Shown piece by piece: positions 34,887-49,271 of a stretch of 64,000 bases of DNA. How positions within the stretch are numbered: position 1 is the first letter of the stretch; each line of letters begins with the position of its first letter. The stretch comes from Atractiella rhizophila (Eukaryota): assembly GCA_021432655.1 (NCBI GenBank), contig MU271313.1:1-64000 (forward strand), given 5' to 3'. Position numbers and translations under genes: made by a program. The notes beneath the pieces were generated by a model. The model did not search any database, was not told the origin of the DNA, and was given only the letters and a program-made list of their open reading frames with translations.

Positions 34887-37251
34887 TCAGTGTACTGTGG
34901 TCGGCAGCGGCCCTGTGGGCGGGTTGGAGGTCTGGAATCTCCTCTCCACCTCCTTCACCACCTGTTTCGCGGCGTCCGTCGGGCTCCTCTTCCTATTCGG
35001 TCTCGTCGGCGTCTCCTCCTTCTTCTCCTTGTTTGCGCTGCTCTCCGCCGCGGGATGACCTGAAGGAGAAGGCTGAGGTTGGAGCTGCACCTTACGGGTC
35101 TCGATGAGACACTGAAGCGCGGACAGCCACTTGATCTCCTCTTCTTCGGAAGGAGCGCAGACGAGAAAGTTCCGTTTGGGGGTTATGATCTTGAAACAGT
35201 GGTCGTAGTTCTTCGATGAGGACTGGTCGAGTAAGGGGAAGGTTCCACCGGTGGGGGATGGCTGCTGGTGGTGTAGATTGGAGCTTTGTGGGATCGCTTG
35301 AGAGGAGAGACGGTGCGATGTGGCTGGGGGCCGATATTCGATGGCGTCGAGTATGCGGGCCACTGGGATCTGTTTGTGTACCTTATTCTACAAAATTCAT
35401 ATGAGCATCTACATGAGATGGTCACAGAAATGAGGTGACTGGGACGAACCATGTGGCTTTTAGCGTACACCAAACGCGAGCTCATGAGGATGAACCAGCG
35501 CTTCCTCCAATTTTTCCTCTTCCCCTGTTTCATCAAGTATCCACTCATGATGACCTTATTCGGGTCCTTCAGTCCGCCCGTTTGTGGCCCAACACCCCCC
35601 GTCACAGATTTGTGAACCTTTTCCCTATCTTCCTCTTTGAACTGCACATGCATATGGGCGGGCACGAGATTGGGAGAAGCAGGATCAGGAAGGTAAGGAT
35701 CGAAGACGTCGTCGATCTCCTCCTCTTCATCCGAAGATGAGAGCACAGGCGAGGCCGAACGCACAGGTCCAACGGTGGGAGGAGGAGTCGAAGACGGGTT
35801 GGGGAGGGCGAAATAGCCTCCTTGGGCGGACGACGAGCTCTCTTCCCCGCTCGTGCTCCTCGAATGTCTCCTCCTCGCCGCTCCCCGCTCTCTCATCAAC
35901 GCGCTTCCATCGCTTCCGGCTCCATCGCTCACTTCCTCTTTCTCCCTCTCAGCCAAAGCACTTTCTATCACTGCCACAGTCTTCCCCAGTGGAGAGGCAC
36001 CGTACGATTTCCCTAGTGTGCTCGCTCGACTCGGTGGGACGGGTGTGTTCCCTCCCCGTGCTGGCGTGAGACCTAATGAGGTACCAGTTGCCTTTGGAGT
36101 TGGAGTCTGACCACCGGACGCGGTGGAAGCAGAGTCGTTAAGAGATCCCGTCTCGAGATTACGAAGTTGTTGCAACCGAACTTTCTCGAGCGCCTCTTCG
36201 ATCTAGCACCGTCGGCGATTAGTTGTGTTACTAATAAGCACGGTACAAAAGGTATACTTTGAGGACCCAATCGTTACATTCGCTCGCTGTCTTCGCTCGA
36301 CATAGGAAGGTACGTTTTAGGGTGACAACGCCGAAAGAGTAGTCGTGTTTTTTCAACTGGACCGTTGAGCACGAATGAACCTCAGAAAGATTAAGCCAGC
36401 GCAACAGCTTGTACTCCTGTTCACCGCGATTCGATGTCCATCAACCAGCCCAAGAAGAGGAAGAGCAAAGATTGATTCGCACCTTCTCATCCTTATAATA
36501 CCCCAAACCATCCCCTCTCAAAACCCACCACCTCTTCATCCACCTCCCCGCCCCCTTCTCCGACTTCTTCAACAAATACCCGCTCTTGATCAGCTCATAC
36601 TTGCCCACCTCCGCCTCACCACGTCCCGCCGCCTCCTCCTCCTCCTCGCTCTCACCCTCCCCACCTCCCCTCCAACTCGCGCTCGCACTCATGCCCCGCC
36701 CAACCCCATCGCTCCCAGCCGCCGCCGAGGGATCATCAGAGACGTCGTAATCTTCGTCCGAAGACGGAGAGCGCGAGATGTGCATGCCTTGTGCGTCGAT
36801 GTTCGCTGTTGAGGTGGGACTCTCAGTGTTCTCGGAGATGGGACGGAGGCGGGAAGAGCGCGGAGAGGAGGGATCGATTTGAAGGCTCGGGGGGGAGCCT
36901 GAGGAGGAGGAGGGGTCGAATGCTTGGGAGGTGGGAGTGGGAGCGGTGGTCATTATTCCTGGCGCGGTTCGGCCGAGGGGTATGGATGCAGGGTGCTCGT
37001 CTGGTGCGTGGGAAGAAGAGGAAGAGATGCTCGTCGTCGATGGTGACTTGCGTGTCGCCACAGAATCGTCAATTTTGACTGAAGAACACCCGAATAATGA
37101 GAAAAGGAACACTCACGCGACCTCCGCGCTTGCCATCCCTTGATCTCGACCGCGAGACGGAGGACGCCTCATGCTCTGCTGGCTGGGGGACTGGATAGGA
37201 CAGCTTGCGCTTGACATCGCTCAGTGAGGGAGGCGCTGCTGTGGCAGACAT
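34887..37251 (-). CDS. Tandem PH-domain protein (Opy1-like)
   Basis: Two PH domains: IKSGYLLKK..WMKRWWVLR..YYKDEK and IMSGYLMKQGKRKNWRKRWFIL..CFKIITPKRNF..EEIKWLSALQ. Confidence 0.85.
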
Positions 37252-37437
37252 GGTCCTCAGCCTGATTAGGGTAACAAGAATGCTCGGTAATGAACACTTG
37301 GAAAGAGAAATTATAGAAATTATCGAGATCGTCAACGACGTCTCCACTAATTACAATATGCCAAACACAGACAATCGCTCACTAAGCTCACGCTGCTAGT
37401 TTAGTCATTCAAATCCTGCAACTCCTGCAACAACGCC

Positions 37438-38259
37438 ATGCTCTTCCTCGCTCGTCCCCCTTCCGCGGCGCCTCTCTTCTCCCCGTCCCTCTTCTTCGCC
37501 CAAGTGCGCCACCGAGGACGCCTCTCCCCGCGCAAATTCAAGTACCCAAAAGCCCAACGCGGCGTGTCGCCCATCCCCATAACCTCAGTCAAGGGAACGA
37601 CGGTCGCTTTTGGGAGCTATGGCGTGCGGATCACGCGCGACTGTTTCATCACGGCAAAGCAGCTGGAAGGATGTCAGGAGGTCATTAGGAGGCAGTTGAA
37701 GCCTATTCGGGGGTCGCAGTGGTGCGTTTTCTCTTCCCTCCTTCTTACTCTTCTGCTTCTGCTTCTGCTTTGCGAAGCGGATGTTTGCTCTGGAGGATGT
37801 GGAGTGGATTGTATTGGAGCCTGTGTATTGAGGGTGGGAACAGGTGGATGCGTGTATTCCCCAACGTCCCAATCTGCGTCAAAGGCAACGAAACGCGAAT
37901 GGGAAAGGGCAAAGGTTCCTTCTCCCATTGGGCGACACGATGCAAGCCCGGGCGGGTGATATTCGAAGTCGGCGGTCCCACCCTACGAGAAGAAATCGCA
38001 CGAGAGAGTGCGTCTTTCCTTTTCTCTTTATCTCCATCTCTCTCTGCAGGAAAGCACTCATGAGGATGACCTATTTCATAATGCAATAGTCGTGGAACTG
38101 GTCGGTGCTCGATTACCTAGCCCTTTTGAATTCGTGAAGAAGGATTCGCCGGCCTTTTTGGGGACTGGAGCGGTGGGGAAAGCTACGGTGAAGGAAGGTG
38201 TGGTTGTACCGACACGGACACCAGTGAAGTCGGAGGAGGTGGTGACAGCAGGACCGTAG
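37438..38259 (+). CDS. MRPL16: Mitochondrial ribosomal protein uL16m
   Basis: Basic targeting-like N-terminus, [49 protein letters not shown]; two introns. Confidence 0.93.
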
Positions 38260-40340
38260 AGTAGGGAAGGTGCAGGGTGGGTCGGTTCTGTATTATTATC
38301 TCTTCAAAATATTTCGACGCTTAGATAATTTTGCACACGTCAAACGATCTGACCACTAAAAGGAATATCATGACGCGATATCGCTCAGATCTCAGACCAG
38401 CTTTTCCACCTGTTATGAAAGGCAATCCCCCAAAAAAGGGAGAGACGATGAGAAAATGTCTTTCAAAATGTCTCAACATCCTAAACAGTGGAATCTCCAC
38501 AGAGGCTCAGACACGTCACATTCCTGTCAGCGGGTGTCTTTCAGGGTACATTCGAAAGCCTGTACTTTCTTCAAAGGTTAAAGAACTGTACGACACGAAA
38601 ACGCCGTGTGGATGTAGTGGATGCGGAGTGGCCGCCGCGGATTTTCGTTCCGAATCGTTTCGAGCGACGGCAGGTTGGCCAACCAAGGGAGTCGGGGATA
38701 ACATTTTTCTTAGTTAAAGTGTGCTATTCAACTAACATACCTCCCTTTTACGTTATCATGTTGAATAAGCTGTTTCCTGTCCTGACAGTGACAGTCATGG
38801 TGACTTTGTACCACGGAGTTCAGCAGTCACTAGCTCCTTGGAACGTGGCCGTTCTTCACAAACAGAATATTTGCTTTCTGGCCCAATTATAGGCTGTTAA
38901 GTTGCCCACAAGACGTTGTGGGTTCATGGGCTCCTGTTGGCAAGCACTCTAGAACAAAGCACCGAGTGTCTGCTGTATGCTTAAAGAATCTGCGAAATTG
39001 AGAACATATACTTATGACTGGACTGTATAGAACCAAAATGGCAGTAACAGACTGAGGTTTAGAGTTTCGATCTTTGGGACTGCGGAGGAACAATACATCA
39101 TTCATCTTCAGCACCTCATTTTGCTTCCTCCCATGTTGAATGCCAATCGGACACATTGCAGGTCATCAGATGTTTATAGCAGGTCAGATTGTGCGCTGAA
39201 AGCGAAGAGCTAGCTGTCGCTCTTAGCCAAATAAGAAGGGACTGAAATTGGGGCCAGCAGGCGAAGTCAACATATGGGTTACAGCAAGGTAGTCCTTGAA
39301 TGTCGGGGTTCGGTGAGCAGAGAAATGAGTGTCCCTAAGATCTTATGCAGCCTTGTGGAAGAATATTTCATATATTTGGAGCAAGCGAAGCGACCTGGAC
39401 CTTAACGGGGAAGGAACGATCGCTTGAACTCCACCGGAGAGACAGATTACGGACTACTATCTGTGGTAGCCATTGGAAGCTAGTGAAAACCCGCAACTTT
39501 CCAAATGTCAGTGTTAGTGACGTGACCACTTTTCCTCGTGCTAGCTTGTCAAGAGACCTTGTTATGTCTTGCGCATGGCTTCTCCAGATGACACGCTGAG
39601 ACGGTGGCATGTTTTTTCACGTTAGAAGCTTCAGAAGCAAGAAGCAAATGAACGCTGAGATAGATGGAATATCCTCACTAATGGAGGAAGCAGCTAGACC
39701 TTTTGCTTTTTCACATAGACGCACACCTCAGTCTGCCTAACCTTAGCAGGAGAGGAATGCAATTCATCGACTGTCTACTCCAGTTGTACTTCATCCTCAC
39801 AACGCACAACTTCTCTGGGAAGTTGGCACAGCCTCGAGGCAAAATCAATGAGAGCGAGTTCTACGAGCTCCGCGGCTTTTGAGTCCTCATGGTGAAGGAG
39901 CAGGAGAGAGCAGAACAATGGTAGAGAGACTTGGTAAATACAATGCTACGTGAAGAGCTTATTCAGTCTCTTCCTCCCCTCTCGTATTTACATGACATGC
40001 ACTGCAATCGTGCTACTGTACCGCGATTGGGTTGTGCTGCGGCTTTTTCCTCTCCTGCAATGGGTTGGCCATGGCTTGTCACTCGCTCCGGTGTGAGGAA
40101 TCTGGGGCACAAACTCTCTTCCTCTTCTGTAGCTCATTTGTACTCTGAGCCGTATGTACTGACAGTGGGTCCTGTTTCCATCACATCGATCGCAAGGTAT
40201 AGTTTTCTCAGACTTGAAACAGGTCTCCTTCGAACTACCTCAGGACTAGGATGCTGGCAAAAGAATATATAAAAGGCGAGTATTTCTTCGTTATCCTCCC
40301 AAGTTGAAGAGAAACACTTGATCTCAGTCCCCAAGTCAGA

Positions 40341-41267
40341 ATGAAAGCCTCGATTGCCGTTTCTCTTGGTCTCCTCGCTGGATTCGCTTCAGCCCGTCCT
40401 AAGCTTCATAGGGAACGCGCGGTTAGGTCGTCGCACCCAGACCCAACCACGAATGCCCCCGAAATCTGTTAGTAATTCTATCGGAACTCTACTTGAATTC
40501 TAACTTCTCCTCAGCGACGCAAGCAATCAGGTGTGAATTTCCAAGTTCTTCGCTAAAAGACTGCGGAAGCTAGACTATTTTGTTAGTTTTGCCAACCTGG
40601 TGCGAATCGAAAGCGAGAGTGGACTGGTTGGTTATCTTTCAGAGGAACTGAGTGCATTTCCCGAACTTCAGCTCCGTCGAATTCTGATTTGCCCTCCCTC
40701 AAAGCGGCTTACTACACACTGGCTCCTACCAACACTACAAGCAGCCGTCAAAAGGTGAATATTGTCACATCCAGTAACCCACCGGTTGTCCACTCGTTAT
40801 TTGGACGATGGCCGCAATTAGGTGTTTCTGTTGGATTCGACGGCGTGAATTGGGGTCCTGGATCTTCTGGGTACATTTATCTGGATCCTTTGTGGGTTGA
40901 GCCATCTCTAATACTTTGTGGTCCGACAGGTATGGTTTCTTGACCTCAATGGATCCTGCTGGCGCCTCTCAAGAAGTATCGACGTGTACCGCAATTGGAG
41001 CCGCCAGTTATCCTTACGTGTGGTCGGTCAATGAAGACAACGAGCTTGCTATCGTGTGGACTAATGAAGATGGGAGTTCGTAGTCCTGTCCTTTCCTGAG
41101 ACGTTCCTTTGATGCCCACGTGACTAGCCGAAATACCTACGACTATCTACCAAGACATTACTTATGGGGATCTTGGAGTCACTGGAGACCTTGAAGCCTT
41201 CAAATCCGCCTACAACGATGATGTTGTCGCAGTCAAGTTTATCCTGGAGGAGACTACTTTCCCCTAA
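40341..41267 (+). CDS. Small secreted protein of unknown function, multi-exon
   Basis: Signal peptide MKASIAVSLGLLAGFASA; exons include WSVNEDNELAIVWTNEDG and GDLGVTGDLEAFKSAY..VKFILEE. Confidence 0.7.
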
Positions 41268-41360
41268 AGAACGGCTTTGTGGGCTCTTATTTGATAAGTT
41301 ACTGTGAGGTAAGGACGTCTGAAATAATTTGGAATGTCATTATTCCCTCCAGACCAAGCG

Positions 41361-43352
41361 TCACATCACAACGGCGTGCCCATTGGATTTATTGCCTTTA
41401 CTGCCTTCGTTCCTTATCCAGTTCTCCAGCTCCCTCAAATGCCGATAAGCACTGCCTCCCTCCTTCACACTATCCCTCCAGGTCTTTCCGAGGCGTTCAG
41501 CATTCCTTCTTTTCCTCTGCGCTTCCTCCCCACTTCGCATCCTAGCGATGACATCCTTTAGTTCCATTCTTCTCGCCTCGCTTGTTCCTTCAATTCTGGT
41601 CCCTCCTGGTCCACCCCTGAAAGCTACACCTTTCTCTAAAGACTCGCCCGTCCGGAATTGCAGAAGCTCGATTCCACAATCGAAATGTTCGGATAGAAGA
41701 ACGGAGTTCGTCGCTTGATCTCCCATGAAAGGACACAATATAGTGGGGACGTCAAATATCAGTGTTTCAGTAGTAGAATTCTGACCAGCGTGGGTGAGGA
41801 AGAGACCGAGAGCTGGATGCTGGAGAACTAGTGTTTGAGGGACCCAGTTGAGGAAGAGACAGCGATCTGAGTTGTCTGCAATTTGGACTTGAAGGTTTGA
41901 GGAGAGGGATGCCAGAGGTGAAGCAAGGGCAAATATAAACGGCAGAGGGGGCGAAATATTCAACAGAGTCTCGATCATGTCTTCTACGATTTCGGGGTGA
42001 AGATACCTAAGAAGCTCAAAGATCATCATAACGTAAGGCGACGATGGTGACAGACTCACGGCCAGAAAAAGCTCCCAAAGCTGACGTACAACACACTCTT
42101 TTCACCAAATAGCTTCTCGCATCTGTCCATGAATGCCAGTGCCTCGACGTCCGTTTCCAGGACAGCCTCCGGATGTCCCAGTTTCCCCTGCGCTTTCAAC
42201 TCTCCGGCTTCCCACACGCTCGGAGGTTGCTGTGCTCCAACGAGGAAGAGAGGACGTGTCGAATGTTTCCCCAGAACACGATGGCCTAAGTATATTGTAA
42301 AGCTCATATCAGGGTGGACAAATTAATGAACCTGCAGCGAGTGCTTCAGGTGGTTCCTGCAATATTTTGATTAGGTAGAACTCACTTGAAGTAAGACAGA
42401 ACACACATATTCCTCTATGGTATGCATGATGAGGCCATCCACGTCTCTATTGAATTCGTGAAGTCGAGGCATGACCTCCAAGACTACATTCGAAATAGCC
42501 ATCTCCTGTGGCGTAGCTTCCCATTCGTAAATTGGTTCGAATCCAGCAAGTTTAATGAGACGTTCTGGGGCGCGGCGTGGATTGTGTAGGAGAAACTACA
42601 TGACTATTAGGCAAAGATTAGGCGAGCGAAATATGGCAAGTCTTACATGAGCAGCTATCTCATCAAATGTGCGTCCATTTCGAAGTGCTGGATCATCGTA
42701 CTCAGCTTGCGCATCGTCGAACACTTCGGCTTCTCTGCCATCCTCTGCGGGTGCTGCCGTCCTGGGCATTGATTTAGGACGAACCGTTTTGATAATATAG
42801 GAACCGCGTACCTCATCCACGCATGAACTGGGTTTACTATCCAAGCCAGCACAGGTAAATGATGCTTCCCAGCCTTCCTACTTCTCACTCCTGCGTTACC
42901 ACCCCAAATATCCTCCCAGATACATTTGGGCTGAGCGCTCCCAACAGTATGATTCACGTTTAAAACATCCGTGAATACCTCCTTCCCACCATGAAAAGCA
43001 TCTAACAAGCCCTCCAAAGAAGCATAGAGATCGTTCATCGATCTGAGAAAAAAATTCTCTTGTGCATTAGGATTGGCTTTGGTGGAATCAGCTTGCCCAA
43101 CGGCAACCAAATTGATGCGCGAGGAGTCAACTTTTTGGCTTATAAGCTCTTTTTTCAGTTTAGGAATAAGATCTGCCTGAACGAGGAAGAAGATTCGATA
43201 CTGGAATGTGTTTGCGAAGGTAACAGACAGGGTGAGGAGAGGGCGAGCATGCCCCTGTGAACCCAAGAACCCAAAGCGCACTGTCAGGCCAGATACCTTA
43301 TTAGAAAGGAGATACAAACCCAACTTGGGGTGCATATCACAATGATGCTCAT
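41361..43352 (-). CDS. UDP-glycosyltransferase, family GT1
   Basis: N-terminal PSW|GHARP (catalytic His), SVLYVSFGSFFWP, PSPG-like box WVPQTLVLQHPALGLFLTHAGQNSTTE..PFMGDQ. Confidence 0.93.
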
Positions 43353-43688
43353 GTTTGATATGGTCTTCCCAACTACTTATGTCTCAACTGCGAGGGCTAG
43401 GAGCACAGCAAGGATATCTTGTTACTTTATAGAGCAAACAGCTCCCCTCGCCGGCTTCATTTCGGTCCATAAACATGTCGGATCTTTCATAATCCTTGTC
43501 TAAGGAGAGGGGCTGGAGTTGAGAACCCGTGAACCATCACGGCGGAAAGTAGCATGATCCGTCATTTCGAAAATGGAGTTATGCAGACCGCAACATGGCG
43601 GATAACACACGCCAAGTTGCAACGATCCATAGGTTCCACTTCTTGCGATAGTTGTGCACAAGGAAACTGCCAAGGGTTACGCACTTGA

Positions 43689-44730
43689 TTATTGTGCCGA
43701 TAAATGCTCCTGAAGATCCTTCACCAACTGCTTCTCAATCTCCAAAACAACCTTCTCACTTCCTGGGCCGTCCATCATCTGCTGAGGGACATCTAAGGAA
43801 AGGTGGATCTGTGTTTTGAACCTTCGAGCTGACCATCCAGCATTAGAAGGGACTGGGAAACGATGAAATGACAAACCCAAGCGCTGAGACACAGTCGTTG
43901 TCCAGTCTCCACTGCCGTTTGGAGGCTTAAAGATGAGAGTGGAGCTCGCAGGAATTGTCTATCATCCGAATACCATGAGCGCAGATTACATGCCAGACCG
44001 GGACGAACCCCTCGTTCCGGTACTCCACAGGACCATTCGGCAGCTATCCGGGGAGGATGAGCGTCTGTCCAATGTTTACTAGGAGAGATTTCGAGAGGAA
44101 AGTATAGGTAAGGATAATGGATGATGTACCGCTGAAAGAGCTGAGGCTGAGCAATAGACGACGTATGGGTTGACATTACGGACATCCTAGCAACACTTGA
44201 CAATGTCCAGAAGTTTTTCGAATGATCCTGAAAGGAACGTATGCGCAACAACATGACGAGGGACCCAACTGCAAGGAATGATAGCTGTACACTTCTCAGC
44301 TGAGCTGAAACGCTTCGTCCGGGAAATATGTTTCTCTCGTGGTCATAATGCACTCCTTTTGACATAAAGCCAACTGCTGACAGAGCTGCGAACTCGCCCG
44401 TCGCCTGGTTGGCTAAAAGCACTTTTCAAAACTAAACGAGGGACTTCCCAAAGCTCGCACATTCTGCAACATAACGAGAAAGAACGAACCTCAGGCTGAC
44501 CTATGATCTGGCGCACGCCAACTGACGCCTCGCTATCAACAGTTTCAAATCATCCTTCCGCCACCTCAGTCCAGTCCGAGTCAATGCTAGCTCGATGACT
44601 CAACATCGGCTCCTGTCACATGAGCCGACTGCCATGAAGGAAGCAAAGTTTCTCTCAGCCTTGTCCTCTAGCTGCCAGATGGCAGACAAAATAGATGGAA
44701 GCCTATGCATCCATGGAGCATCAAAGCTTC
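43689..44730 (-). CDS. Hypothetical multi-exon protein
   Basis: Coding-like exons separated by ~50 nt GT..AG introns, ending ...EIEKQLVKDLQEHLSAQ*; 5' end unresolved. Confidence 0.35.
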
Positions 44731-45706
44731 AAAGCGAGCCAGCCCAACCAGACTCCAGCGCCTCAGGTTAAACAGCATGCTGTTCAACAGAGGAGCTGTC
44801 TTGGCTGATTTATACCTCCATAATCCACCATTTAACTGATTTGACTGTCAACGAAAATCAGGACGGTTGAACGTTGAAGTCAAACACGCATCCGATCAAA
44901 CGTGCAAAGCGTCCCCTGCGGCGTCAAAGCGCCTTTGTTACCTCCTTGTGATGGACCGAGTGAAACCTTCGTAAAGTCCCCAGCAGTGGTTGACACAGGG
45001 ACAGACTCGTGGCAGCACTGTGCGGGACCTGACATCAGTCCCTCCCAACAGCCACATACTGACGCTCTTCGCTGTGAAGGTATCCGCCAATCGTTCTCCC
45101 TGATTGGTGATTGGAAGTGGATAGCAGTGGTCAAGAAGATTTTTAGGAGCAACAGGTCTTTCGGCGAGTTAACCAGATATCAACGAGTCAACTGGTCAAG
45201 GTCGTTCTTGCCTGACTCGCCGTTCACCTCTCGCAGTTACTTTGACTCCCACCACGAAACTTGCTTCCTCGGGTGGATCTGCTGTCAAAGTTCAATGTCA
45301 AACAGTGCTGGTTTCTTTTTGGCAGCCGCTCCGCCCGTATTTCCCCCTCGAGCTTTGTCTTCCACCATCTAACCAGAAACTCTTGGTTTGAAGAAGACAG
45401 TTAGCGTTGCCGTCTACATTTTAATTCCAAGGACTTGATCAAAGGGGCAGCAGCCATTTCTGACGGTGACACTTTGCTGCCTTCTGCTGGTAAGCACACC
45501 ATGACATCCCTTGTCGAGAACCAAGTCTCACTTTGTTACACAGTTTTTTTCCCGTGCATCAACACAGGTTTCCACATCGATTGTAGGTTCCCTGGTTCAG
45601 TTATCAAGTTACCGGCCTCCTGTCCCCTCTTTGCATCGTCGTTCAATATCCATCACAAAACCTGCGGCGTCATCTGTAAGAAGTTCGTATTTACAGCCCA
45701 AGTATT

Positions 45707-46645
45707 ATGCCACTCTTTGGAAAAGACAAACCGGCTGTCTATACACCTGTGGAATGGGACCAACTTTGGAAAGAGTCAGTTTCCCTTGTTTTCTTGAGTC
45801 GTGCTCAGCCTGGTTACAGTTATATCAGCGATCCTATCAAGTTTGAAGAGCGCACCGACGTCCATTGGTTGGCGAAGGAAATCTTAGCTCCTAATACTTT
45901 TACCGTGGCCGATTATCTAAGGGAACGGAAGGCATGGATCAAGGGACCGAAGAAGGAGACGGTTCAGGAGAGGCAGAAACGAATGCGCATTATTGCTCAA
46001 AAAAGAGACGACGAATTGTACCAGTGAGCTTTACTTAGTTTGCCAATGGGTATTAGGTGATTAACGCAACTCGCATTCGCCTCTAGCAAAAAGTCCATTG
46101 AGATCGCGAGGAAGGAACAATTCGAAGAGCGACTCGCCAACCTCGAATTCAAACGACCGGCTAACCGCAAGGAAGACTTTAGAAATGACACTCGCTCATT
46201 CTACCATAAATACGGAATCCCTCCCACCAATCTCAAGGTGGCATGGGTTGACGACGTCGCCATCGATGAGAATTTTATGTGTTGGAAGCTACCTCCCGAT
46301 GACCTTCATCCCTGGGAGCTAAGGACAGATGAGCTTTACCTCCTACTCGTCGACCCTCACTATCAGGCAGATGTTTTTGCGAAGCACATTCGCAATCCGT
46401 ATTTTAGGGTCTTCTTTTGGGACACGATCAGAGACAGGGTACATGAATTCACTAGGAATGAAGTTGAACAAGAAGAACTTCTGGAACTCCACACAGTTTG
46501 GCCCTTGGGAGTTGACATACGTAACCCCTCGCTAGACAGAGTCGCAGATCCGCCGATAGAGGAGTTGGAGAGGTGGGGCTGGTTTGAGGAGAGGAAGATG
46601 GTTCGCTTCGAGGAAGAAACCGCAAGAATTCCAGCAATGCTTTAG
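45707..46645 (+). CDS. Hypothetical charged protein
   Basis: MPLFGKDKPAVY... joins across an intron at ~46024-46086 to KKSIEIARKEQFEE...RIPAML*. Confidence 0.55.
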
Positions 46646-46832
46646 GCTAGAGGGATGTACGGGGTATCCCCAAGACTCGACCTGATAAACGTAATGAAAC
46701 CCAAATCCTAGACTCACAGCCGCGGCAGCCACTACTGACAATTTGATTTCGGCGGAGGAGGACGAAATTACATGAAAGAATCTGTAGTATCCGTAATTTT
46801 CACAGAGCGTCCATAATCTATTCCGCATCCAA

Positions 46833-49271
46833 TCAAACTTCGTACGGCGGTGGTTCCTTTTTCTTTCCACTCGTCAATCCCTTCCTCTCATCATCTTCAT
46901 CATCCTCCTCATCCCCAATATCGAACACGAGACTATCATTCCCTACCCTCATGCCACCGTCACGGTTTCTTCCGGTGAGGGGGCGATACTCTCCTTCTTT
47001 CGCATCATCTTCATCTTCATCATCCTCATCCTCGGCTCCATGGGGTCGCAAAGTGTCAAGCTGCTCATCGTCTTCATCCGTTGCAAGCTCGTCAGACATC
47101 AGGAGGCGGCGATTGTGAGCTGTGGGTCTCCACAAGAAGGCTATGGAAGCGAAAACGGAGAGATAGAGCAGGCCGAGCCATCCATCAAGCAAGAACCAAC
47201 GCGTTTTCCACGTATCTGGAGCGTAATCCTCATCGAGTCGGTTGGAGAACGAGATTGAAGAGATCACTGCATGTCCATGAGCGAGGAAAGGGAACCAAGG
47301 AACCAGGATGCATACCAAAGAAGGCAAAGATAACAAGTACTGCGCCAATTAGAATGCGATACAGCCTCGTGAACACTAAATAATCATCAATGTATGCTGT
47401 AAGTGAAAGAAGACAGCGTACTCTGCTTCTTGTACGTTTGTCGGCGAGCAGCAAGATCAGCAATTGTCGCGTTGAGAGAATACATGATCCACACTATCCT
47501 CATGTCAGTTTCTATATTCAATCAGGTAGACGAAAGCAATACTCATAAAAGCGGTCAAGCTGAAAGCCAGAGGGAAGATGAAAATGAGGATGAAATAGCT
47601 TGCTTCCTCAAGAGGGACCACGTCGGTTCCGATAGAGAACCTGCAAACAAACGACATTGAGTGGCTCCTTCGAAAGATGGGATAACCGCTCACATAATAC
47701 CGAAGAAAAAGTGAACACCCGCCAAGATTCGTACTTTCGTCATCACACTTCCCAGCGATGGGCGGACGATACCGTAACCCATCGAGACAAGGAGGAGCAA
47801 GAAAAAGGATAGTGAATTCCGGCCCGCGTTCAAGATGGCAACAAGGACGAGAAGGACACGACCGAAACCTGCAGAGCCGTACGCGTTGAGGTACGCATAG
47901 TAACCTGTCAAACGCATCAACTTTCCCCCTGGAGATGACCATGGAAAACATACCCCAAATAGAAACCATCTCGACAATGAGAAACAGAATGGTGCCGGTA
48001 ATATAATGCTGTCAACGATGGTTTCCGTCAGCTCCGCTCACCTCCCAGAGCAAGAAACCAACACACCTGGATAGGCAACAAATCTTCCCGAAACTTCCAG
48101 CATTGCCAACCCCATGTCGCTCCCAGTGCCAGGTAGACAAGAACAAGAGTGCCGTAGAAAACGACTTTGGGGTATTCGCTGGCAGGTAGATATCCTTTGA
48201 AAGTGTTACTGAAGTCAACCACGCCTTCATAATAGCTTTCTTCTCCTGCTTCTCCGTCCGCTCCTGCCACTGTTAAGGTCACAGGAACCGTCCCAACGCA
48301 ATAGTAACCAGTGCGAGGAATTTCGTATCTTTCCACACCGTCCCGATCATATTCGGGCTCGGCGTATTGGGGATAAGGAAAAACATACCGAAACGGCCCT
48401 TTCTCCTCCTCTAGGTGTAAATGTGTTGTCCAAATAGTTGTAGTTGTGATTCCCTTTCCATCCGGTAGTGAAACGATGAAATTCCCCAAATCGGCACTGT
48501 CGCATAAACCAGATGATACTGAAGATGGAGTGCAGACGTATATTCGCTAACAACACAGTTTAGCACGGCCGGTAAGAGGAGAATGAGACTTACATCATCC
48601 CCCCATTCATTCTCCACATTGGTGCCAGTGGGATCAACCCCCAAATAACGTGCATCCGCCCATTCGTAAACTACAAGAGCGAGGTACCCCTTTGAAGAAG
48701 GGCCAAAGATGACTGGCGCCGGGACGGGTCAGCATGTTTCAAAATAGGTTGAGTTCGCGCTTCCAGAATGAGAAAAGACCTGCTTTGATGCCCAGTGTCT
48801 CAAGATGCAAAGTATCCTAAATGGTACGACTATATCAACCAAAATAGAGCGAGGCTGCGCCGAAGCACAGCAGGACTGTGCGAGCTTTCCAGCCACTCTG
48901 CCAAACTCTTAGTAAATGCCGTAAAACCAAAAATCATCCCCGGCGAAAAGCATTGGACATGGGAAGTTGGGAACAGCTTGGCAGCTTCATGGCTGAGGTT
49001 ACTTGCCCAGGTTGATGCTGTGCACAAGGAGCAAGGCAGCAGCATATTCTGCCATTCAATTCACAAAATGTTGCTAAAGCAGATATTCCGGCCAACAATA
49101 TCCCAGGCACAAAGAGAAGAAGAGCTCACTTTCGATAAATGGGTCTGCTGCCCCTGCCACGTTCGCCTTCCCCCACATCCCAGAGCACACTTGTCTCGAC
49201 ATCGATTCTGACGTTATTTCTACCTGATACGCTGCCGCCGAAGCGAGCAGCAACGAGAGTAATCCCAACAT
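46833..49271 (-). CDS. PTM1: Lung seven-transmembrane receptor family / PTM1-like Golgi membrane protein
   Basis: Signal peptide, VVYEW, TGYYCVG, FKGYLPASEYPK, EDLLPIQ, LNAGRNSLSFFLLLLVSMGYGIVRPSLG, WKTRWFLLDGW, LWRPTAHN. Confidence 0.9.

Noticed and set aside
38260..40340. 2-kb intergenic stretch with several short ORFs
   Set aside because: No coherent exon chain, protein motif, tRNA cloverleaf or terminal repeats were recognised
48800..48885. Possible snR30/U17 m1-m2 motifs (ACAGTCCTG, GTACCAT)
   Set aside because: The matches to AUAUUCCUA and AAACCAU are imperfect, and there is no ACA box at the required spacing
48795..49211. 138-aa plus-strand ORF nested antisense to PTM1 intron 1
   Set aside because: It has a non-ATG start and no recognisable motif, and it overlaps PTM1 exon 1
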